Shown here in pieces: positions 35,301-47,300 of a DNA stretch of 64,000 nucleotides. Position 1 is the first letter of the stretch, and every line of letters begins with the position of its first letter. The stretch comes from Phyllobates terribilis (lineage: Eukaryota). Made by a program: the position numbers and the translations under genes. The stretch spans positions 113,646,001 to 113,710,000 of the forward strand of contig NW_027362773.1 in assembly GCF_046119375.1 (NCBI RefSeq). The letters are read 5' to 3'. The notes below the pieces were generated by a model that worked only from the letters and a program-made list of their open reading frames with translations, was not told where the DNA came from and made no database searches.

Positions 35301-38300
35301 CCTCGCTTACTGATGTCCCATTATTCTGGACCCTCAAGGACGTCTGTTCTCGCCTGATAGAACCCCCCTACGTGAAGTCCTGGAAGCATAGTTCAGGGGC
35401 TGTCTCTTGAATAATGAGCAGCGGAGACGGGGGTCTTTCTTTGTTGCTTTTGTGCCCCTTTTCTCCATCTGTGATCACATTTATTAACGACCGTTGTCTT
35501 TTGTAGGAGTACAGATCCTTATCGGCTCTATAACCTGGACGTCTTTCAGTACGAGCTGTACAACACCATGGCTTTGTATGGCGCTGTGCCCCTCTTGCTG
35601 GCTCACAACGTTCAGCGCACATTAGGTATATTTTGGCTCAACGCAGCGGAGACCTGGGTAGACATCAGCTCCAACACAGCTGGCAAGGTGAGAGCGACAT
35701 GGGTCAGAAAGTGATGCATGAGACATCAGCGGAATGGCTGGGTGATAATGTGCTTGTATTCCCGGCAGACTCTTCTGGGGAAGATGTTGCAGTACATGCA
35801 GGGAGGTGACGAGACGCCGCAGACAGACGTGCGCTGGATGTCGGAGAGCGGGATCATTGACGTGTTCATTTTACTTGGGCCTTCACCCAGCGATATCTTT
35901 AAGCAGTACGCCAGTCTGACAGGTATCTAACACTACTTCTTTATGATACATCATGTGCTCGCTGTGGCACGTTGATTGACAGCTGGCATCTGTGCAGCGC
36001 GAGCTGTCAATCCAATGTGCAGGGCTGTTCTTACATCTGCAGCTCATTGTATACGGAGCGATGACTATCGCCGCTCTGCACTCACCCTCGTGGCAAAGCC
36101 CGGCGGCTCCTGGGAGGAAGTAAGTTCATTTTCTCTCAATAGCCGCACTTTCTATAAGGCAGCCAGGCAACATTGTAATGCTATTTACCTGCAGATTAAC
36201 CCTAGATCTGCAGGCATATGTAATTTCCAAGTTAAACAAAAGGAGTGAGGGCCCGATGCCCAAGAGCTTACAATACATGAGGATATAGAGGTGACACAAA
36301 GTGCTTGGTCCGGGTATTCATATACAACCGCAAGAACTGATTATCAGCTGCTATCTGTATATGTCCAGATACAAAATGCCTCTGCATGCACGGAGGGTGC
36401 GGGAATAGGTGATAGAAAGACCCAGATTCTGAGCAAGAATGTAGGACGGGAGAACAGATTCAGAAGATGTGATCTTGTCAAAATGTGTTATTAGATCTGT
36501 GGACACAGAATTAATCTGATTGTATGGGGTAGTGCATTCCAGAGAAACGGTGCAGCACGAGAAACATCTTGGAGATGGGAGAGAGAACAGATTTTGGAGA
36601 TGTTAGTCTTGTGTCATTAGCAGAACGGAGAACACTAGTAGAGAGGAGGGAAGAGATGTAGGACTGTGCAGCACTGAGGAGGGCTTTGTGGGGGAGAGAG
36701 ATAAGCTTACATTGTATGCTGCAGAGGATGTGCAACCGATGCAATGACTGCCACTGCGTGTCTATTGAAAAGGTCTGTGCACCCAAAAAACAGTAATGGA
36801 GGGGGGAGCGATCTTTAAATGCAAAGTAACATGACTGGTCACTGCTTTGTCCCTTTTGAGCAGCCTCTTCTTGTCTTACTCCAATAGACCAACTTTTACT
36901 GCTCTTGGTAAAACTTACAAGTCCCCTCGACTGATGTTATGCTATTTCTTTTTTTCTTTTTAAAATACATCATTTTTATTAGGGTTTTCTGGGGAAAAAA
37001 CCTATAAAGACATATAAACAAAGCCAAATTTTAGAGACTAATCAGGCGCCCGTACGCAGACTGTGGGCGCACAGTGAAAGCATTAGTTTGTGATTAGCTG
37101 TCACAATATATAAACGAGAGATTAAACATTAACATCTTAAAGTCATCATCGTCGAAACCAATAAAAGATTTAGATGATATTGCTAATTATTATAGTCGTC
37201 ACGAAAGGGTAGTCATTTTAATCAGGTAACTATTGCATCCTGTTTTTCTCCCCTATTTTATGCGTAATAGTCCCAGGTTGTTATTGAGATCCTCTAAAAT
37301 AAACCATTCTGTAGAAGTGAATGGTTCGACCATTTTTTTTTTTTTCATTCAGTGAGCAGGTTATAATAAACTGTTTCCACTTTAGTAGAAATTTGCCAGC
37401 TTGCTGTTCCTTGTTACGGAGGGCGTCCAGTTCTACTCCCATAAAATGTTTCATTTGGGCTGTCAGCTCTGTTTAGTGGGGGTTGTTGGGGTCTAGCCAA
37501 TGTTTGAGTAGCTGTTTTTTTGCCAAAATGAGTAGACTGTGGAGCAATCTTGGGGGGCCTCCTATCTTCTTGTCAGGATTCTCTGAGTTACTCCAATAAT
37601 GTAGTAGGGCTAAGTATGGAGAGGGGGTGTACCCTGGACCCCAAATAGTGTGAATCATATCTGAGACCTGATCCCAATATACTGTTGATTCGGTGCAGGA
37701 CCAGAGGCCATGCATGAGGTCAGAGTAGGGATGATTGCATTTAGGGCACGCAGTTAGTCTATTCGATAGTGGATCTTTTTTCGGTATATTAAAGACGTAG
37801 ATGGCCCCATGTATTACTTTATACTAAGTTTCTCTCCATGTTTCACTTATAATGTGTTTCCTAAATACCTTCCAACCCAACCTGATCTTAACGGGAATTT
37901 CCACCTCTTCCAATTGTTTCTTCCAATATGTTTGGGTGCACCCCTAACAAATTAGATTTCATTACCGAATAGATATTGAGGGGGTACCTATTGGAGATAG
38001 TAATATGACATCCAAGTCGTTCTGGGAGGTCTCATCAATAGCATCTCTTAAGTTTGACATAACGGAAAGTCTGATTTGTTCATACTGAAAGCCATGCTGG
38101 AGAGGCAGTTTATATTTTCCCATACAATCTCTGTTCGGTTGGGTGGAGGAGATGAGATGTTGTCTATACCAGCCTGTATCCACTTAGAAAATAATTTGTT
38201 TTCGTTGCCCTATGGAAATTCTGGATTCCGCCATAGCGGCAGGTGCTTAGAAATTCTGACGGAAAGGCCATATTGTTTCCTACCTGCCTTCCGTGCGGAG

Positions 38301-41300
38301 ATGGTGTCTCTAAAAGTCACTGATCTTTTCATTCCTAGGGAAGTATATCGAGAGTGTAGAAGTGCAGTTAAATTAAAGGGATACACCTAATCTGATTCCA
38401 ATGTATAGTCAGAGTATGTATGTGTTTTGTGGAGCCAAAGAGGCCAGCTAGGTTATAATTCCTGATGCTTGGAAAATGAATGCCACCATCATCTTTGGAT
38501 GACATAAGCTTGTGTAGATTAATCCTAGGACGTTTTCTCCTCCATATAAAATGGTTATGCAGTTTTAGTAGAGTCCAGCTGACATTGCACCGGTTAATCC
38601 ATCCTATATTTCAGCCGTACACCCCGGTAGCCGGCTCCTGCATCCTCTGCTGACCATGTGCATTGAGCAACCACCATTATTATATAAAATATACAACCTG
38701 GAGATTGCAGGAGGAGAGGCGCAACTTGTAAGATTAATCATCTTACCAACCACTTTAGCATCCCAGATTGCATAGGTTGATTTCAGGAAACGAAAAAAAA
38801 ATCTCAAATGCTAATTTATTTTTCTCCCCCCTTATACAGGCACCCAGGCTCTGCCCCCATACTTCTCCCTGGGCTACCACCAGTGCCGATGGAATTACAA
38901 CGACGAGGAAGATGTGCGTAATGTGGACGCCGGCTTTGATGAGCACGATATGCCTTACGATGTCATCTGGTTAGATATTGAGCATGCCGATGGGAAGAGA
39001 TATTTCACCTGGGACCCTCACAAGTTCCCCACTCCCAAAAATATGCTGACTGGATTGAAAGAGAAGAGGCGGAAGGTAAGATGGTCGTCATCAAAGCATC
39101 CTAAGGCTCCTCTCACATCTGCATGTGTGATGCAGCCGTCATTTTTATACAAAGATTGCGCACAGTATAGATAATATACCGATACCTCCAGCAATGACTG
39201 ACCCCGATAACCCATTAATTACATCTCTGGTGCTGTCTGTCATTTGATAGAAACTCTATTTTTCGGTTCCTATAGCAGAACAGGAGTACAGAATTACTAA
39301 CCGATGTAAGCAGAAGAGTCGATCTAAACCACCTTTTTAAAGGGGGTTGTCCAGTTTTGCAAAATCCCTGTTCTCTGGGCTGCAGTTTGCAGCAAACTGT
39401 AAAAAAAAACACACTGTACTTTACTCACCCTCCCCAAGTTTACTATTTAGTCTGTACCGCTGCTCCTGGTGTCTTATTGTCTGCAGCGCTGACAGCACGT
39501 CGACCGCACTGCCGCCAATAATTGAGCTCAGCCGCTCTGCTCAAGTTGAAAGCACAGACCACTCAGCTGTCAACGTGATGTCAGTGCTGCAGACTATAAC
39601 ACACATGGTGCAGCACCAGAGACTTTGTTGGACCAGAGGAGGGTGAGTAAAAGCGCACCTTTTTTAAAAAAAAAAAAAAAGCCTGGGGACAAGTTTTCCA
39701 AAACCAAAAATTTTTTTTAATTCAACTTTAGCCCACTGATGGGTTTTCCGAATGAAAAACAAAAAAAAAAAAAGCGCCCCCTCTTCAGTCCTTTCTTCTC
39801 AGACTTTATAGTAGAGGATCAGTATTTTTCCTTGGTGTAGCGTTTTTTTTTTATATTACTCTCTTACTGTATTGCAGATGGTGGCGATCGTTGATCCTCA
39901 CATAAAAATAGACAGCGCTTATCGGATTCACAGCGAGATCCGGTCTCGAAATTTCTATATTAAAACCAAAGACGGGAGTGACTACGAGGGCTGGTGCTGG
40001 CCAGGTAAGTCTGAACTCTTACAAAATCATATATAGTAGGGGTATACTAGGTACGTCTAACAATAGAATTTTATTATACTTAAAATCGAATTCCCAAAAA
40101 TTAAACCCGTGAAGTGTAAACATTTTGTTTACAAAGATATTTAAAAAAACAAAATTACCATATTAAAGATAATTGCATATAAATACATGAACACTTTCCC
40201 TATAGTAAACTATAGCTCCTTCCCTGCCTGCCAGCAGAGGGTTAGATACAGGGAGGGGAGGGGGAAGGATCTCCCTATACTTTACCTAGATTTCCTTCCC
40301 TGTCAGCGGAGGGCTAGAGGGAGAGGAGGGGGATGGATCTCCTTATTCTTTACCTAGATTTCCTTCCTAGTTATCCCCCCTGTACCCTCCCTTATCTTCC
40401 CGTCTTTTGAGGCCCACACAGTCAGACTCTACCGACCCTTCTCCCTGCGAGTGGCAGTTGTCTATCGCCCTCCAGGTCCCTCCCGTCAGTTCCTGGATCA
40501 CTTTGCTGCCTGGCTTCCAAATTTTCTTTCCTGCGACATCCCCACGATAATCATGGGAGATTTTAACATCCCTATTGGCGATTCTCTTTCACCATCTGCG
40601 GCTCACCTTTTATCACTAACCTCCTTCTTCAGCCTTTCACAGCTTGCTAATTCTCCTACACATGAGGACGGGAACACATTGGACCTGATCTTCTCCCGGC
40701 TTTGCTCAGTACATGACTTTACTAACTCTCCCCTTCCACTCTCTGACCATAATCTTCTTTCATTCTCGGTCAAGAACTGTGACTCTACTCAAGACCCCCC
40801 CCACTTTCCACACTTCTAGAAATATACGCGCCATTAACACCCAGAAATTTATGAAAAAGTTGCAATCCTCATTGGCCCCAATCTCCTCCCTCTCATGTCC
40901 CGACTCTGCATTAAAGCATTATAACGAAATAATGCTATGCGCCCTGGATGAAGCCGCACCTCCTACACAAAGAACAATTCGGCATAGACGGCGACAACCC
41001 TGGCACACGCCTCAAACACGTCTTCTCCAGCGGTGTTCCAGGTGCGCTGAACGGCTGTGGAGAAAATCAAATCTGCCCGAAGATTTCCTCCATTATAAAT
41101 TTATGCTGAAAACGTATATCTCTGCGCTTCACCTCTCCAAACAAACCTACTTTAACAACCTCATAATCTCACTTTCCAATAATCCTAAACGCCTCTTTGA
41201 CACGTTTCATTCTCTCCTCAAACAGCACAGGCCCCGACCACTGACCTCAGCGCTGACGATCTGGCCAATTATTTCAAAGAAAAATTTGACCATATCCGAC

Positions 41301-44300
41301 AGGAAATTTTCTCCCAATCCCCAAATGTTATGCATGCTCTCCCCCGCCACATTGTATCTTGCTCACTTTCTGACTTCGAACCAGTCACGGAAGATGAAGT
41401 GATCAGCCTCCTTGCATCTTCTCGCCCTACCACCTGCACCAGTGACCCTATTCCCTCACATCTCCTTCAGTCCCTTGCTCCAGCTGTCACCACTCGCCTA
41501 ACTAAAATTTTCAACCTCTCCCTCTCATCTGGTATCTTTCCCTCTTCTTTTAAACACGCCAGCATACACCCATTACTTAAAAAACCTTCCCTTGACCTGA
41601 ACTGCACGGCCAACTACAGACCTGTTTCCAATCTTCCCTTTATCCCTAAACTCTTGGAACGCCTGGTCCATTCCCATCTAATCCGCTATCTCTCAGACAA
41701 CTCTCTTCTTGACACTTTAAAATCTGGTTTCCGCTCTTTACATTCTACTGAAACTGCCCTCACTAAAGTCTCTAATGATCTACTAACAGCTAAATCTAAT
41801 GGTCACTGCTCCCTGCTGATTCTCCTGGATCTCTCTGCAGCATTCGACACTGTGGATCCCCAGCTCCTCCTCACTATGCTCCGCACTATTGGCCTCAAGG
41901 ACACTGTTCTCTCCTGGTTCTCCTCCTATCTCTGACCGCTCCTTCTCGGTGTCTTTCGCCAGCTCCTCCTCCTCTCTCCTTCCCCTTACTGTAGGGGTTC
42001 CTCAAGGATCAGTCCTAGGCCCCCTTCTTTTCTCCTTATACACCGCTTCTATTGGACAAACAATCAGCAGATTCGGTTTTCAGTACCATCTCTATGCTGA
42101 TGACACCCAATTATACACCTCTGCTCCGGACATCACACCTGCATTACTACAAAAGACCAGTGATTGTCTTTCTGCTGTGTCTAACATTATGTCCTCCCTC
42201 TGCCTAAAACTGAATCTGTCAAAAACTGAACTCCTCGTCTTTCCTCCCTCCACTAACCTACCTGTGCCCGATATTGCCATTTCCGTTTGTGGCTCAACCA
42301 TTACTCCCCAGCAACATGCCCGCTGTCTTGGGGTCATTTTTGACTCAGATCTTTTCTTCACTCCTCACATCAAATCACTCGCTCGTTCATGTCATCTGCA
42401 CCTCAAAAACATCTCAAGAATCAGGACTTTTCTCACCTTTGACTCGGCAAAAACTCTTACTGTCGCTCTTATTCATTCTCGTCTGGACTACTGCAACTCT
42501 CTACTAATCGGGCTTCCTCTTACTAAACTCTCCCCTCTCCAATCCGTCCTTAATGCAGCAGCCAGGATCATATTCCTCGCCAACCGCTACACCGATGCCT
42601 CTTCCCTGTGCCAGTCATTGTATTGGTTACCCACCCAATATAGAGTTCAATTTAAACTTATCACGCTTACCCACAAAGCGCTCCATGCTTCAGTACCCCC
42701 CTACATCTCCTCCCTTGTCTGTCTACCACCCTACACGTGCCCTCCGTTCTGCCAGTGACTTAAAACTAAAATCCTCCATAATCCGAACTTCCCACTCCCG
42801 TCTCCAAGATTTCTCGCGTGCTGTGCCAATTCTTTGGAATGCACTACCCAGGACAGTTCGATTAATTCCCAATACCCACAGTTTCAAGCGGACCCTAAAA
42901 ACCCATTTCTTTAGACTGGCGTATCGCCTCCACACACTATTTGTCCATCCCAGATGTCCGTCCCAGTTTTCCCCCATATTAAAATCTTCTTCAATTTCAG
43001 GTTCATACCATCCATGCACATAATAGCCTCGGTCAGGACTGCACACATACTGGCAGGCGACCAGTCCATGTATTATTTATCCTATATAGTATATCAAGGC
43101 TGCATTATACAATATATGTACATTCTACCTTTTGTGTCTCCCCCATTTCCTCATAGACTGTAAGCTTGCGAGCAGGGCCCTCACTCCTTTCGATATGAGA
43201 TATGCTTATTCTGTATTGTCTGTATAAGTCCCCCCTAAAATTTGTAAAGTGCTGCGGAATATGTTGGCGCTATAAAAATAAACATTATTATTATTATTCC
43301 CTGCCAGCGGAGGGCTAGAGGGAGAGGAGGGGGAAGTATCTCCCTATTCTTTACCTAGATTTCCTTCCCTGCCTGCCAGCGAAGGGTTAGAGGGAGGGGG
43401 ATCTGTTATGGGTAGGTCTGACCCATAACAGGCTGCGGTCACTAGCATTCACGTCTTGGGTCGCCATGTTTTCACACGCTCTTCCTTTGCAGGCTCTGCT
43501 GCCTATCCTGACTTCACCAATCCAGAGATGCGAGCCTGGTGGTCCAGTATGTTCTCCTATGACCAGTATGAGGTGAGATGCTGCACGTTGTTCTTCGGCT
43601 TTCATTTTGTGCTGTTGCTTTACGTTCTTGTTTCCTCGTCAGGGATCTATGGATAATTTGTTTGTTTGGAACGATATGAACGAACCGTCTGTATTCAACG
43701 GCCCAGAAGTGACTATGCACAAAGATGCCATGCATTGGGGGGACTGGGAGCACCGAGAGGTTCACAACCTTTACGGGTTGTATGTGGTGAGTGCTGTATA
43801 TAGTATGTGTATAAGGTGTATGGTATGCGGTATAGATCCAACCTATTCGATATCTACAGCACAAAGCCACTGCTGAGGGTTTGATCCATCGTTCCGGTGG
43901 GAAGGAGAGGCCGTTCGTCTTGACTCGAGCCTTCTTTGCAGGGTCACAGCGTTACGGTAAGAGTAACGGTGAAATACAGTGCTGCTCCTATACACCGGAC
44001 ATACGATAGCTACAGGAGTACTTTCCTATTGTTATCCAGGTGCGGTGTGGACGGGTGATAATGCTGCGGAGTGGGAACACTTGAAGATCTCTCTCCCCAT
44101 GTGCCTGAGTCTGGCTCTTGTTGGGATCTCATTCTGTGGAGGTTTGTTTGTGCCATTTCGTCATTTGTTGGGATAATGCCACCAATGCTTGATTTTGGCC
44201 GGGGTCTGACACTCTGTGACCCTCTTTAATCAATAGAACAAATCCAGTGTCGTCCATGTGGCTGCACGGTTAAAGCCAAGCGGAGCCTACGAAGTGACAA

Positions 44301-47300
44301 AGCACCATTGCAATCAGTGGGGTCACCGCAGTGGTGCCCCTGGACAAGTGTTAGATCATCCTAGCGGTATACGAGTAGTAAAAGTGATTACAATTTTATT
44401 CTGCTTCAACTTTTACAGCGGATGTTGGCGGTTTTTTCAAGAACCCAGAAACCGAACTCCTTGTCCGCTGGTACCAGGCCGGAGCATATCAGCCTTTCTT
44501 CCGCGCTCATGCGCACTTGGACACTCCTCGACGTGAGCCCTGGTTACACGGAGAAACCAATGCTGATATTATACGTGAAGCCCTACAGCAAAGATATGCG
44601 CTCCTTCCATACTGGTATACGCTGTTCTACGCCGCACATCGGGATGGCGAGCCTGTAATGAGGTGAGGGGATTGTTCACTGCCGAGAAACTGGGGAAAAA
44701 AAAATAGAAATTTGGAGGTTAAAGGGTTTGTCCACCCCCTTCTTCTATTTTACAATTTAAGCACATGGTCATCTCCCCGACCGGCACTCTTCTGTCTCAT
44801 TAAAGTGTTAAGATATCTGATCACCTAAGTACTGGGAGATACAGAGCCGACATTACCAAGCTCAGTGATTGGCTGCAGCGCTGTGATATCCCCGAAGATG
44901 TCAATTTCCTCTTAACATTAGAAATCATGTAAAGCAGATGGTAATTGTGAGCTAAAAATGGAGTCTTTGTATATTTTAGGGCTCTCTGGATCGACTTTCC
45001 ATCAGATGTCTCCACGTTTGCGATTGACGACCAGTACTTATTAGGTGAGCCAATTATCCATGTCTTTGCATATGTAACCCTCTATCAATTCTATCTGCTG
45101 TGCCAATCTTTGTTTTGACTATTAAAGGGGTTTTCCACTTTCACAAAAGTGATGCACAAACATTTCTAGTTGGAAGCCAACAAGCACAATATTCTCCCCT
45201 CACCAGGTCCATCACTGGTTTTTCACTGCTGCAGAGGTGACGTCACGACTACAGTTCACACCACTGCTGCAGCCAATCACTGTGCTAAGCGGCTCATGTG
45301 TTTCAGCACAGCAGCTAAGCCACGTGATTGGATGCAGCGGTGATGTTCACTCTTGTCAACCTTACCACTGGTCCTGGAGAGGATGAGTACTAGTTGTGTG
45401 TTTTACAACCATGCACTTATTAGTGCACCACTCCTTTGAATGTGGAAAATCCCTATAATGAGAAGAGAAATATCTGCCATTGTTATAGTATTTCGGTAGC
45501 ACCTGTAACGTGTGGTTCTGCTTAACAATATTGTGCAGGCCCTGGACTTCTGGTGCACCCCGTAACGGAGAGCAATGCTCGTGGAGTGCACATCTATCTT
45601 CCTGGGACCGGAGAAGTGAGTACACGCACCCCTTAATGTGATTGTACTCTCCCCTGATCCCCCCATATGTTGCTGACCCTGGTGACTCCTGACAGGTCTG
45701 GTATGATGTCCACACGTATCAGAAGTACAAGTCTCCTCAGAAGTTCTACCAGTCGGTCACCATGAGTTCAGTAAGTATCCTCACCATGATGGATGAGCTG
45801 ATGCGCGTTCTTAACGAAATCTTCTGTATATTACTAGATCTGATCACAACAGTTCAACATCTTAAGTGCCATTGTCAAAAGTGACCGGCATTTAAAATCT
45901 AATAAATATGGCAGCTCTCCGTAAGGGCACAACGCAATCGGAGGGTGCTGATGGGTTACCATGGCCCCATTTCTGCCACTTTACTATACCTGTGAAGTCC
46001 AACCTATGGCTGCACTTCATAGGAGATCGTCACTTAGACCGTAATACTAAAGTACTAATTTAAGAAAAAAAAATGTAAAAAGCATTAAAGATATCTAGGA
46101 GTTTAAAGGGAATCCAATTTCACCCACCCAAAACTATTTATATGCACATGTAACTGTTAAGTCCAGAAATACCTTTACATGGCCAGTCTGTTCCTCTGTT
46201 ATTAAGAAATCAAAGTTTGGATTGATTTCCAAATGAGGCTGAAGAGCTATAGTAGGTCTGAAGCCTCTGTCACTCCAGCTCTGTTCCCCTCCCAGCGCCG
46301 CCTCCTCCTCCTGCTTGACCTCTATGCAGTGTGACTTTAGGCATAGGAGCCATCAGTCAAGCAGGAGTCGGGGAATAGAGCTGGAGTGACTGAAGCTTCA
46401 GATCTACCATAGCTCTTCAGCCTCATTTACATATTAATTCAAACACTGATTTCTCCGTAACGGAGGAACAGATTGGTCATGTAAAGGTGTTGCTGCTCTT
46501 GTCTTTGAAACAGCTACATGCACATATAAATAGTCTGAGTGGGTAAAGTCCTGCTGATTACCTTTCATATGCTCCTTTTCCCTAAACATTAATAGCAAAA
46601 TGTTAAAAAGAGGAAAAAAAAAATTTGTATCCCTGCTCACATTTGTCTGAAATAATAAAATAATTGACTAGCTCTCTCATACGGTGAACATCAAAATGGG
46701 AAACAAAATAAAAATGGCAAAATCTGTGGATATATATTTTTTAAAATAGTCAAACATTTACTTCTGCTTTGGCGTTCGTTCAGATATACTCCTAAATTGT
46801 TTGTCCTTCTTGTGACTTTCCAGATTCCAGTGTTTCAGCGTGGGGGGTCTATAATCCCTCGGAAGGATCGAGCAAGACGTTCCTCAGATTGTATGCAAGA
46901 TGATCCGTTTACTCTGTACGTGGCCCTGAATCTGCAGGTGAGTGAATGTGACATTTCTGGATGGCCATTCTACGGCTGATACCATCATCTTCCTCACCTT
47001 CCTAGCTGCATTCTCTCTGACTTAACCAATAAGCCTCTTTAGATATGGATCAGATCTCCTCCTTCTCTTGTCATAGGGAGAAGCCCAAGGAGAACTGTAC
47101 TTGGATGATGGTCACAGCTTCAGTTACCAACAAAATGAGTTCTTGTACAGAAAATTCAGCTACAGCCATGGAAAACTGACATCAAGGTGAGGCTGAGGAA
47201 CGTCGTCATGATGGAGACCTGATCAGAAGAAACGGCGAGATCTGAGTTTGAGTAATTGGGATTTTTGTAACACAATCTGTCTTCTATCAGCTCCCTGGAT

